Of a stretch of DNA of 64,000 nt, positions 1 through 13,300 are shown one piece after another. Made by a program: the position numbers and the translations under genes. The notes beneath the pieces were generated by a model. The model was not told the DNA's origin. It made no database searches and worked only from the letters and a program-made list of their open reading frames with translations. Every line of letters begins with the position of its first letter. The first letter of the stretch is position 1. Origin of the DNA: Takakia lepidozioides (taxonomy: Eukaryota; Plantae; Bryophyta); the NCBI GenBank assembly GCA_030704615.1, contig CM060731.1, positions 25,110,001-25,174,000 of the forward strand. The letters run 5' to 3'.

Positions 1-111
1 GACACTCTACTTTGGTGAATACGTCCTCTTGATGTGTAGATATTTCGCTTAAGAGAAAAAGGGAGAGGTTGAAAAAGAGGGAGACAACCATTGGCTAACG
101 TGGGTGTGAAG

Positions 112-3100
112 GTATACCGTATGAGTACAAGGCTGTCAATATCTCCAAAGGCGAGCAATTTTCTGAAGGTACATCCAAAAAATCTAATATCATCTTCTTT
201 GAGTGCTAAATCATGTGTGCATTCGAGAAGGTAGGAAACTCCATTCAACGTTTACAGGTGTTGACGGTCAGTTTGAAGCTCTTGTGCAGGAAATGTAAAT
301 TGCACAGGACCTCCTTAAGGTCTAAGTGGACATGAAATTTGCGAATGTGCTTGCCACTTCCAGTACACAGAAGTAGACATTGAGGGGTGGTGTGGGTTGG
401 TGTAGACTTCACAAAGCTGAGCCCTTTGCAGCTTGTCCCTGTATTGGAGATTGATGGTGCAACTCTGGTGGATTCAATTGCAATTTTAGAGGTTCATTTT
501 CCCCCTCCTTGAAAACAAAACCCACATTGAGATTTTTCTGTTGAAAGTTTCATTCAGATCATGAATGAAATATTACAAATGTGCGTCCTCTGGTACCTTC
601 GGAGCATGCCAAGTTTTGGTTCTGAAGTCTCTCAAGAGTGACAAGTACTATCGGTAATTTTTGTCCTTCCCGCATTAAATTAACTAGATCCAAGAAATTT
701 GTGGTACAAGGGCAGTAGTTGCAGTGCCCATGGCCATTTTTTGCATTATCGAGAACTCTTCATTGTATTTTGTCCTTCCCGCATTAACTGTCTAAAATTA
801 ACTAGATCCAAGAAATTTGTGGTACAAGGGCAGTAGTTGCAGTGCCCATAGCCATTTTTTGCATTATTGAGAACTCTTCATTGTAATCACAGTGCTGGTG
901 TCATTGCAGTACTTGGAGGAGAAGTTTCCCGAACGGAGGCCTCTTTTGCCTGCAGACCTGACAAAACGGTCACATGTTCGCCAGGTAAATTGATCTGCAC
1001 TTACGACCTCGATTTAAGTCCTTGTTCATTGTGCCCCATTCTGGTCGTAGCTTGTGCTCACCTCCCCCTCTCCCTTCTCATTCTGCTTTCGTCTTATCCA
1101 GGTATGGGATCTTTGTGGACAATGCTATGGCAGACAATGTCTAACGAGTATCCGTGCGCTCTGCTTGTCTCTGCCTGTCCTTGTTTGCGATGTCCAGTTG
1201 GGCGCAGGGTTACTCAAGTTCATCCACCCACAGCATTGATATGTCTCTCCCTCCCTCCTCACTTTCCTTTCCTCTTGTGCCCCTCTAGCACACACACAAA
1301 AGCCAGTGCTAAAAGGATGGGGGATGTGGCAGGCAGTATTTTTGGTGGCAGCCAACATACAGCCACTTCAAAACATGGGAACTTTGGTATGTCCAAATCC
1401 AATGCCACTTTCTAAGCATTATGATGTCCCTCTCCCTGCTAATTTTTCCTGAAAGATGAGTGAAGCCCCCTAGTGTGAGCTATTCCTAATATGTATCATA
1501 AATAGTCACAAGGGAAGTGTGCCATATGTGTACTGCTTTTCAATGCACGGATGCTGTACCCTAGCATGGACTCCACAGCAAAATCCATGTGGAGGTTTTT
1601 ATAAGATCCCAGCACGTCCCCGTGGGGTTATTTTTGAAGCCATAGTAACTTTGCAGAATTTTTATTCCCAGTGCCGGAGCATGCAAAGACTCCAGCCAAA
1701 GACAGGGAGGGGTAGAGAAAGAGGGCATACTGCTTCACCATCGGTTCATTCCCATCCTTGGGAAGATTGTAGCTTTGAGGGAAACCCATGAGTATTGTTT
1801 CAGATCCCCACCCTTGAGGAGATGGCATAGTGAGTGTTCAAGGGACCATACCAAAGAAATATCTACCTTCAAGATTCTACAGGTTCATGACAACCATGGC
1901 TGATGGATGGCATCTGCAGCTCAATACCAGATTTGACCAGAACTTGCAATAGTTTATGCAAACAATGAATCATAGGATTGATCCTTGACAACTACCAAGG
2001 GTAATCACTGCGAAATAGTCAGTTTCTGTGGCCTATTTACCACCTCTAGTGTGAAGATTCGAACACAATCTTGTTTATGCCATGCAATATGGATGTCATT
2101 GCCTTGAGTCCAACTAGTCACTCACATGTGCCTTGTCTATTAGAGTCTTGTCAAGCAACAATTGAGTAGAGGTTTATGCTTGAAATTCCACTTCAGAAAA
2201 ACATAGAGGAGAAGCTGGGGAAAGAAGAGCGACTCAAGTGGGCTCAGAAGTATATCATTGCAGGTTTCACTGGTAATATCGATTTCACTATCACCAAGTT
2301 CTTAGGTTAATGAAGACAGGGTTGTGTTACTCGTTCTATGCTGCTGTCCCCTGCTGTGAGAGAGGGGATTTCACTAGATGGTTAGTCTGCCTCGTGTCTG
2401 GTTTAATATGTTAAATACGGGACCCTGGCCCTGCTGTGGAAGGGAAAAACAAAAGAACAATGCAGCTCCTTTTCTTCCTTCGGTGTTTTAAAGTCTGGTA
2501 TTTTCTACAATTTGATGGCTGAGACTATATCAGGGTTGAGTCTCCCATGTTCATACAGAAAACTGAGTACATCTGCACCCATCGGGAACTGATGAGGTCA
2601 GTGGGGATTTATAAAAACTGGTCACTGTCAAACAGGATATAGTTTATTTGCGTCATTCTGTTGAGTGTGACCCACATTTGCTGCTATATTTCTTACATTT
2701 CTTTCTATCTAACACCAAGGATTGGTGTTGTATGATTGACTTGGTTTCATTCCTCTTTTTGTCTTTTCTTCTTTTTTGTCTCCCCGGCTGGCAGCATACC
2801 TGATGAAGGATCTCTGTGATTTCTTTTGGGCTGCCTGTTGAGTGCCACACTTCTTTCTTTCGTATATCATTTTTCCTTCTGTTCCATAAGCTCTTCAAGC
2901 TTCCTGTGGATGTTACAAAGTCTCTCATTCATCTTAGATTACTGTCAAATGTGATTCACAGTCTAGTAGATTGATATATAATTTGCGTACGTCTTTTCTT
3001 GTAAGGGGCAATTTGCATCCTTTGCTTCCAAGGGGCAAGCTGGATATACGTGGAGGGTCTGAGTAACAGACGCTTCACGAAAGAAATTCTTGAAATCACC

Positions 3101-3759
3101 GCCCTTGTCACCTGTTTTGCACTGATGGGAGGATTGACTCCAGCTGGACTACACAAAGTTGTCCTTGGTAGATTGGAAAGTTTTCACTCCCATATGTTGT
3201 GCTTGTAGATCTTCTAGTGAGCATCATTCTGATTTCTGTGTGATTCTTTGTTCAGCACTGGAGAGAATTCTGGAAAAATCCGCCGGGAAGTACTCATTCG
3301 GAGATGAAGTTACTCTTGTAAGTCTTTTCCTCCCCGTTTATGCTCTAATCCAAGCAGAGTGTGTGGCTTTGAGGGCCTATCCTTGACCTCATTTTCACTT
3401 TCTTTTCTCCTTCCATTACTTTCCTTTTGTCTGTTTCCCCATGCATTGATGGCTTCAAGTGATTTGGTGTGCAGGCAGATATTGTTTTGATCCCCCAATG
3501 TAATCGCCACGAGGTGGACTTGGTATGTAGTTGACCACATATGAGGCTAGTTTCCGATTTACTTTTTCCATATCCATTTTTGAGGATTTGGCTTTTTTTG
3601 CTCGTACCTCTTTTGCTCCGTTTTGAGTGAAGCCCTTAGACACCGTTTCTGTGTTTGCAGGCACAATTTCCAACTTTGAACCGGGTGTATACAGCTTTGC
3701 TCGAGCTCCCAGAAGTCCAGGATTCTGCTCCTGCCAAGCAACCTGACTTTCCATCTTGA
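112..3759 (+). CDS. GSTZ: Glutathione S-transferase zeta (maleylacetoacetate isomerase), 5'-partial; first coding exon(s) lie before the window
   Basis: Hand-spliced GT-AG exons 112-168, 406-491, 910-984, 1333-1386, 2197-2272, 3256-3317, 3475-3522, 3661-3759 give [113 protein letters not shown] and the C-terminal QPD are typical of the zeta class. Confidence 0.93.
658..885. repeat. Tandem duplication, ~110-118 bp x2, in a GSTZ intron
   Basis: TTTTGTCCTTCCCGCATTAA...TTAACTAGATCCAAGAAATTTGTGGTACAAGGGCAGTAGTTGCAGTGCCCAT..GAGAACTCTTCATTGTA occurs twice, nearly identical, with a small indel. Confidence 0.95.
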
Positions 3760-5541
3760 AATGAAGATAGTCTCCCACTTCTTGTACAGACATGAGGTAT
3801 GAGCACTCCTGGAGTCAGGTGGGGCATCCTTGATGTGAGTTATCTAGCGGGTCTCCAAAGTAAAGTTCACGTAGCCTTTACTAAATTTGGGGTTGACACG
3901 GTGGATTGGCACAATGCACACTGTTCACTTGTCTGTGGTAGTTCAACTTTGAGCTAATGGTGTTGAAGTGGTACCCTGGAGGTACATCCTTTCTTGAATC
4001 TAGATTGTGTATACAGATCATAAGGTTGTATTCCATTTCTTCCCAATCTCTTTAAGTTGTTTGCATTTTCTACATGAGAAGAACGCTGCCAGGCTTGAAA
4101 ATCTTGCCACAGACAGGGCTTACACAGTAGAGGGGGACATTTGCATCAAAGCCTTGTCGATGGGATGCAATTCTCATTCCTGGTATTAGAATGCTTTATC
4201 TGGATCAGCCCATGGGCTGGCGGGCTTGAGAGTTGGCACTACTTGCCCAAGCGCCCACATTGTGGTCACCTGGTTAACACTAACCAGCCATAACTGGCTG
4301 TGATTAACTCTGATCTACATGGTAAACTATTATGAATTTTAATGGCTCCCACCTAGTCGAAGTAGTGCCAAAACCAGCTTGATCGTCCCCTACAAAACGT
4401 GATGAAGAAACAATGGCTGAAAGGCGAAAAAAGATGTTCTATAATTTTATGTGGTATAAGCTGACTTTGGATGAAAGTAAGATGTCCTTCTCTTTTCTTT
4501 TGAAGGGAAATACCCTGGAGTGACCGACCACAAATCAGGCCCCTTAATTATTGTGAGAGAATAAAATAACCTTTTTCATAGGAACCGTCACTATCATCCC
4601 CAAGGTATGTTTTTCTATTTTCTAGAGGGATTCTATGAAAATAATATACAGCTAACTTTCCCAATCCGGACTCTGGTGCAAGATTATTGGGCGGACTCTA
4701 GTTATCACCGGAGCTCTGCCGATACCATGTAAAACAATCTTTTAGCCATCGGCCTCTACACCGAGGTGTTCTGCGTCTCTTCTCAAGAGTGAACACGCCA
4801 TTATCCTCCTTTCTTGAAAGGAAGCCCACCCTGAAAGGAGGCAAGGAGGCTCTTATTTACAAGAACTTTGGTTGCGTGGTCTCTCTCCATCCTTGGGATT
4901 ATTTAGAAGTCCAGGAATGGAAGCGCTACCAAGACCGATGCCTGGATGTGTGCTGAATGTATAGAAATGGGAAATGAGATGATTTCTTTTTCCTTTCATC
5001 GTTTCTGTATCCTTTCTTCCCACTAGTAGCTCTGCCAACTCTGCCATGATCAATTTTGATCCATCTGAATAAACTTTACTTCAATTCACCATAGTTGTAT
5101 TTTGTGGGGAATTTGAGTTTGAATGCACATGAAAGATGATAAAAAATGAGACTAGTGAAGAAAAAGATCTTGGAGGTAAAAGATAAGGAAACAATAACAT
5201 TGTCCGAGGTGTGCATTACATAGAGAGTAATCGGCACTGTGCATTACATTTTTTTGTATTGCCCTCGTACTCTTGGCTGGCTATTTTGCTGTATAACATG
5301 TATAACGAAACAATAACAACAAGCGGCTAGTTGCGCAGCTATGGCTCCTCTTTGTGAATAGCGAGATCTACTTTCATCCATAATAAACTTTAAAATTCAT
5401 CCATTTATTCTTCGTACAGTGAAGATGTTACCTCATGGAGGTGTTACTTGGATGCACTTCATGAAGTAGTTTGCAACAAAGGAGAGGAGGTGACACCCGG
5501 GGAAGGCACAACAGGGACTTAGCAATTTTTGACACTGATGC

Positions 5542-5680
5542 GTAGTCTCCTCCTTAGAATAAAGAGGAGCCAATAACAAAACGAAGTAGTCTCCTCCTTA
5601 GAATAAAGAGGAGCCAATAACAAAACGAAACAACGACCTCCTTAGAATAAAGAGGAGCCAATAACAAAACGAAACAACGA
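5542..5680. repeat. Tandem repeat, ~44-50 bp x3, upstream of KEG
   Basis: CTCCTTAGAATAAAGAGGAGCCAATAACAAAACGAA is present three times consecutively. Confidence 0.95.
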
Positions 5681-7307
5681 AGAGATACAGCCCACAGTTG
5701 TTTCCGAAGAAAGACCCTCGACGGTGTAGGATTAGGAAGGTTGGTACGTTACGTTCCCATCCAGCGAACAGCCAGCTCAGTAGTTGACTTGAGTAATGCT
5801 GAGGACAGAAACGGCGCGGCGAGTGGACAGGCCACGTTCATTCAGCGGACGGAGAATGTGGGGACAAAAAGTCAGTCACAGCTTGACGCGCTCGGTTGCG
5901 CGCTCGGTTACACACCCGGTAATTCAGGCGCTTCTTGTGTGTGCTTCCGTGTGTTTCTCGGTTTCACACTCCATTTTTCCGCGCGGTTATGCATGTTATT
6001 AGTAGTGTTTTCGGTGAAAAATGAGCGTAAGCCAGTCTGGTGGGAAGACTAGTGTTTAGCCCGCAAGCCTAATACTCCATGGCCGATCATGCTCCTCTGA
6101 TCCAGTTGCTCACCTTCTCTCTGCCTTGAATTGACAAGGCAAAGCTGGAGGGAGAGAAGGTGAAGCTAGTGAGAGAGACGCCTTGTCCTTCCGAGGGTAT
6201 GCATTGTCAAGCTACAGTTGTAACGTGACTAGTCTACAATGAGGTTACCAAAAGCACGCAAGTTTGGCGGTGTAAAGAGATTTGCCGCCATGGCAGCACA
6301 CGATGGTGAGGAGGAAATAGGATTTTACTAGCCTCGGACCTTGTATTGATCATAGCCGTGATGGCTCTGTCAGCTCGTGAGGCTTTCGATATGCACCAAG
6401 TTTGCCGTCTCGCTGTGCATTTCTATGATTTCAACCCCTAATGTGATATTACTGAACGATGAGGATTTCTTGTTTGGAAATTGGAAGGCGATGTACTCTG
6501 ATAGTGAGGGTCAAAGGGAATGCGGTAATGCCGCCTACCCTTAGTACAGCATCTCATGTTTCTGTCTACAATCACCAGCTTTCTGCAGCTCACCAAGCAG
6601 TCCAGTACTACAACTCATATCCTAACTTGGAAGGACGCTCTCATTGGATTGAGGGATTGATAGTGAAGAATGCAGTTGGTGGTTATGGTCTGCCAATTAA
6701 GAGATGCCAGAACCTTTTCAGTAGGAGATATTAAAGAGTGTGGACATCTTCCCCCTGGACTTGGTTCCTTGTAAAGTTGAGTGAACTCCAAAGGCAAGCC
6801 ATTGTTGCAGTTGTGTACATGTTGTCAGGATTTCCGGCTTATAAGCAGAGGGAGTGTAGGCAAGTGATAAAGGTAAATGTCAGCCATGTACAGAGAAGAC
6901 TGGAAAGCAGGTGTGTAAGGGGCTCAATGAGGGAGGCACACTGTAGGGGATGTGGCCGCAGTAGCATGTAGGAGATGGCTGGCAGCACTGAATGAGGAGC
7001 GTGGTTTAGGGACTACATTGGAGTCTGTGAGCTGCCAAAACCCATTGACCAAAAGACTGAAGGCATTGGTTGAACGGCCACGGTGATCAGAAGAATCCAT
7101 CAACACCTGGTCAGTCACCATCTATTTCATCTTGCTGACTCTCGGCCCGAGCCTTTGCAGCTAGGGAGTGGGGACATTCTTGCAAGGTGTTTAGACACGC
7201 AAAATTTACTTCACCTCTCCCTGAAGTATCAGCTGATTCTGCTCCTGAATACACCACTATTCTATCATTCTTTTTTCTTGAGCAGTGCATTACCGTTGTA
7301 GGAGAAG

Positions 7308-10300
7308 ATGAAGCTTCCGGCATGTTCGGTGTGCCAAATGACGTACAATGAGGACGATCGGGTGCCAATGATGCTGCAATGTGGGCACAGTTTCTGCAAA
7401 GAATGCCTTGCTCACATGTTTGATGTGAGTACCGATCACACCCTGTTGTGCCCACGATGTCGGCAGCCTTCAAAGGTAGGCAACAGTGTGGAGGCCTTGC
7501 GCAAGAATTTTGGCATGCTCTCCCTCATTCGAAGGGCCTCGTCTGATTGCCCAGCAGAAGATGACTCAGATGATGATGATGACCTAGGAGATTGTTCGTC
7601 AAATCCATACTCTGATAGGTCACGTAGCAATACCCCACAAGCGAGTCCTGGCTGGGCACCAGGTTGTGGGGGAATTATCTTGGAACTGGGCTCCCATTCG
7701 CTGCGCCTGGTTCGTCCAGTGGCGACAAGTCCCCGCCCTGAGCAGGATGTGTGGGCGGGCCAACTGACTGGGGCAAGTGGCTGTAAGCACAAGGTGGCTG
7801 TGAAGAGGCTGGATGTTCCCATTGGCATGGATTTGGAGTGGATTCAAGGGAGAGTTGAAATGCTGCGAAGGGGGGCCATGTGGTGCCAAAATGTTTGCAC
7901 TGTGTATGGAGCGTGCGAGAAGGATGGCAAACTCTGCATTGTGATGGACAAGTACTTCACCTCTGTACAGACAATGATGCAACAGAATGAAGGCCGGCTC
8001 ACCTTAGAACAAATTTTGAGGTAATTTTAACCTCTAGACAACCAATTGTCACATAATTCAGTTTGAACATAGTCTTTGTTTCTACTGAGAGATCTTGCAG
8101 CATCTACCAGCTGTCTGCTGTGCCGATTAAGTTTGGGTCATTTCTGTATTTGGCATGCACACAAATTTGTGAACCTGGTAAGAGGTCAGGTATCCAGGCA
8201 TGTTCTTTTGTGGATCGCAGGATGAATTTAGGGTCTGCAAAATGGAAGTGGTGGATTTGGATGTTGCCACAGTGCTGTGGCTGAAACTGTGTGATAGGCT
8301 TGTCTCTGCGAAGGCTTGCTGTTTGACCACCATCATCTAGTATCTCCACTGATTTAGCTATGTGCATGGCAAGCAAATCAACTCCAGACTGGAATTACGT
8401 ATGTCTGAGGTTGATTTTGGACTGATGTAGTTGTGAGGATGGTGGGGCTCACCTGCTTTATTCCTTTGTAGTTGTTTTTGGGGCTGTTTTTGCAAGGCTG
8501 TCAACAATTTTGGACCACTACAGAGCCTTCATCAATTGTCTCTATGGATGCCCCATAAACTGCTGGCTTCCAGCAGATCTTTCTCTAGCTAAGTTTTGAG
8601 TTAGGCACAACCAGTCCTAGATTCAGAATTACCGTGTTGCACTTGCTTGAGAAGGGTGGTGTATTCTGCACCTTTTGCCTTTGTTAGGTTAGGGAATTGA
8701 ATGCAGGTTAGCCCGATAGAAGATTGGGGTGAGTTGTTTTGCAGATACTTGTTATGGTTCAAGATAAATCAGAACTCTTGTTAGGCAATTTGAAAACTTA
8801 ACTGTTGTGTAGTCGGGACCACCCACATGTAGGTTTGGTGCAGATATCTCTCGCGGTGTGGCAGAACTGCATGCAGCGGGCATTGTTTGTATGAACCTCA
8901 AACCCTCAAATCTGTTGCTGGATGTAAAAGGTCGGGCAGTAGTGTCCGACTATGGGCTCCCTGAGATTTTGAAGAAGCCACAGTGCAAGAGGGCTCGTTC
9001 TTTTTCTGGAGGTGGGGATGAGAGCACAACACAGATGCATTCATGCATTGACTGCACAATGTTGAATCCAAACTACATGGCTCCTGAGGCATGGGAACCC
9101 CTACGCAAATCATCACTCAATCTGTTCTGGGAGGATGCTGTTGGGATCTCCAGTGAGTCGGATGCTTGGAGTTTTGGATGCACTCTCGTAGAGATGTGCA
9201 CCGGGGCAATCCCGTAAGCAAATTTCCTCCCATATCCATTTGTATAGTAACGCATTATCATATTGTTAAGCATGTAAGTTTACAGCTGGAAGATACATTG
9301 CATGTCTGGACATGTAGTGTGAGTGATCAACGGCATTGATGAGCACCAGTTCAGCATTTCTGTGGGTATGCAGGGAAGATGGTAACTGCAGGAAGCACTC
9401 ACTGTGTTTAACATCGATGGATGTGACTCTTCAGTTATAGAATTGGAGCTATGGTGATAGGGATATCTACATTGCTGCAAGTGATACTTGCCACTTAATC
9501 CATCACCGACTTCACACTGACTTGGACTTCTTGTAGCCATGTGGCTTTACACCCAGTGCCCACTTTGGATGAAAGCCAGTTGTGTGTTTGAGCGAGAGAG
9601 GAAGAAAGGAAGAACTTAATTTACAGCTGTGGGACGCCTTAAAGGACCCAAGGACGCAAGTAGAACCGTGACAAATCTCAGTTGTGCTTCTTGGTGTTTG
9701 CACAGGTGGGCTGGCTGTAGTCCAGAGGAGATTTATAAGACTGTGGTAAAGGCCAGGCGACAGCCTCCTCAGTATGTTGGGGTGGTGGGTGGAGGCATAC
9801 CTAGAGAGCTCTGGAAGATGATTGGAGAATGCCTGCAGTTCAAACCATCGAAAAGACCAACATTCCATGCAATGTTGGCAATTTTTCTCCGTCATTTGCG
9901 GGAGATGCCACTGAGTCCTCCCCCAAGCCCTGACAAGTTCGTAATATCCTCTCTCTCTAGACGTTCTAAACTCTCTGTCTTTGCCTTTACGCACAACATA
10001 GGTGTTTACAGATGTTACTGTATAGTATCCATGTTGACACATATGTCGACGCCTATATGATTCTTAGCATGGATACATGCGTTGGTTTTAAGGTTGGGCT
10101 ATTGGCATGACCATGTTCATTTCTACATGGTGCAGGGTAAAGTATCTATCAAAAATGATACCAACCTTCGTTTGATTACTCTTTGCAACAGGGTTAAGGT
10201 TGCATGATAGTTTTCTATAGCAACATTCAGGTCTTTTAACATCTTAAGTGGCATATGGTTGTTTGGACAGTGACCCATCAAAGGATTCAGAATCAACTGG

Positions 10301-13300
10301 GGCGGAGCCATCACCGTCTTCCACTCTCGACTTTGGGCTTATAACCCAAACTTCTCTTCATCGCCTTGTATCTGAAGGGGACACCGAAGGAGTTCGGTAA
10401 GCCATCTGTTGTGATACATGCAGGGCGCCATTATTTGGTTTGTTGCAAGTAACCTTAGCAGCTTTCCATTTAGTATATGTGTAAAAGGAAATTCTCGCTC
10501 CCTCTTGGGTCTGGGTTGTTCTAGTTCTGTCCCTTGGCACTTTGGGCCTCCAAGCATCCAACAGATGGCCCTGTGGATAGGGCGCAATGCTGCCTTACAA
10601 ACGGTTGTGGGGTTAAAGCCACATAGGTGTATGTTGGATGTCACCCATTATGGCCAACCTAGCTATAAAAGGGGGTGGCTGGGTCAACTGGCCACCTAAT
10701 GTGGGTACCTAGGGACTTTCAAGTCCTTGGGGGAGGTTTGGGCCCGGTTATGGCCTTTAGGTGTCCACCTTCCAAATGGAAAGCAATAGCCCTTTGGGGT
10801 GAAGTGACCCCATAATTTATGCTTGCTTTGGCAGGAGTACACCTTCGTTGTTCTTCTTCCCCAAGAGGGCTTTGATGCAATGCTTTCTTATCGAGGCTTT
10901 CATTTTTAAATTTTTGCTTTTCTACCAGAAACAACCTAGAGCTACTTTGTTGAACAGAAACCAAGCCAAGAAATGCTATCTCTGGCAGGAACAGGGGGCA
11001 GAGAAGACAGCCCAAGGAGAGTGGTCAAATAGACCTTGTTACTAGAAAATACAACTCTGACAGAAGAGAAGAGGCAAAAACCAGAGACCTGTCATAACTC
11101 AAATCATGAGACGCCTACCTAGAGACTGAGACAGATAATTTCCACTCCTGCAAGCTCTTACTAAGGTGTCAGGTATAGGTTTTCACTATGGCTCGATCTC
11201 CTTGCAATGATTGTGGGGCTTGCAGGCTTCTGCAAGGTGGGGCGATATGTGCTAGATATCAGTGATGGTCAAATAGTGCAGAATCTATGAGATAATAGTT
11301 TCGACCCACCCACAAAACATTATTGGACTTTTCTTGAAGTTAGAGCTGCACACATGCAGGGACTTGCTGAGTAGAGCGGCCTCTGGCAAATCAGCAAACC
11401 CATTGGGAGTTCTGTTGGATGGTCGTAACGGGGAAGGCCAAACCGCTCTGCACATTGCAGCTATGCGTGGCTACTCAGAGATAGTTGAGGCCATTCTGGA
11501 ATATCCTGAGGCAGATGTAGAAGTTTTGGACAAAGACGGCGACACTCCAATTGTGTTTGCAGTGGCATCAGGGACGCCAGAGTGTCTTAAGGCTCTTATC
11601 AAAAAGGGAGCTGATGTGAATGCCCGGCTTAAGGATGGACTGGGCCCAGCTGTGGCGCATGTGTGTGCCTTTCACGGGCAACCTGACTGCATGCGGGTAC
11701 TACTGTCTGCACATATTTATTTCTTGTGCCATATGTTAAAGAGCTTCTACTAGTCCCTGTAATCAAGGCTTGTTGAAAAATCTATCTGTGAAGTGTGTTA
11801 CCTTGTCACAAGTGCCCTTGTCATTGTGGTGCAGTCTAGCAGGGACAGTGGCTCTAAATTCTGTTGGTTCATCAGCTGCCTCAATGTGCATGGTGATCCC
11901 GGCATGGTTGTATTTTTGAGCAAGGGAACTTGTAGCTGACTGCAGCTGTTGGCTGCAGGAGCTGCTCTTGGCCGCGGCTGATCCAAATACGGTTGACGAT
12001 GAGGGAGAAACAGTTTTGCATCGAGCGGTTGCAAAGAAGCACAGTGATTGCGCTATAGTTATACTCGAAAACGGTGGTTGCAAATCCATGGGTGTCCTTA
12101 ATGCCAAGGAACTCACGTAGGTCCTCATCCTGTTGCTCTGTTAATTACAGGGGTGTTCTTCAGCAGAGTTGAGAATGTGATCAAGCATCTTATAAAAGTG
12201 TAAAAATATTGCCTTCTGGGTTTTCGTGAGATAGACAGCTAATCACTGCTTAGCATCTCTTTTTGTCAGTCCTCCTTTTCTTTATGTCCAATGGCAAGAT
12301 ACTTCATGTCATATCTTTGTATTTCTTTTGACTGTGTCCTCCTTTGATGTAGATCATCACCATGCTGTGTCCTGGTAGGCCAGTTTCACTATAGGATCGG
12401 TTGTGCAGGCTTGTTTGTTTTCAGATTGCACAAATTGTACCTGAGTATTAGAGACATCAAGCGAATCATAGACTCGTCTATAATACAACTTGTAAGCAAG
12501 TCCCCAGTAAGTCCCTAGTCCCCTAGCAAGCAAGCCAGTCCCTTGTTGGAGTAACATGTAGCACATATCATGTATTAAGTTGTTCAATTTATGACAGGCC
12601 GTTACATTTGTGCACTGCAACTGCAAATGCGGCTGTTATGAAGAAGTGGGTGGAGATAGCAACACCTGAGGAGATTGCAGCTGCAATTGAGGTTCCCTCT
12701 TCAGTGGGGACTGCTCTTTGTATGGCCGCCGCTCTTAAAAAAGCCCACGAGGAAGGTCAGCCCCTGGGTATCCACTGTCTATGATAGAAAGCCTTACATC
12801 TATGCTCAGAGATTTTTTCTGTCTGCAACAAGAAATCTTAAGACTTGACAAATAGTCCTTATGGTGTTTTGCTGGTTACAAACCACTTGTAACACGTTGG
12901 ATGAAACCAGTCTGAACTGAAATTTTTGGTGCTTATACAATATTTCACAGAGGCAAGGGAGCTGGTGAGATTCCTATTGGCTGCTGGGGCTAATGGAACT
13001 GCGACAGACACCCAACGTGGTCAAACAGCGTTGCATGCTGCCGCCATTGCAAATGATGTGGAGATGGTGAAGGTAGGTTCTCACAATGACCAACTAAAAT
13101 TTCCAATCAGAGATACTTCTCACCTTATGAAGGAATGATAATCTTCATTAACCGAATCTGTGCAACTGTTGTGTACAGGATATATTGGATGCAGGTGTAG
13201 ACGTTGATGTCAGAGACATTCACACAACCACTCCCTTGCATGTTGCCCTGGCACGAGGCTCAAGGGATTGTGTGGGCCTGCTGTTAGAGAGGGGAGCCAA

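Noticed and set aside
3475-3522. GSTZ exon seems ~4 codons shorter than angiosperm orthologs
   Set aside because: In-frame and compared only from memory; likely ordinary indel variation.
5542-5680. Possible CRISPR-like array
   Set aside because: The repeats are contiguous with no unique spacers, the context is eukaryotic and there are no cas genes.
8880-8960. KEG kinase lacks HRD (MNLKPSN) and has DYG for DFG
   Set aside because: This is a general feature of KEG orthologs, not specific to this copy.
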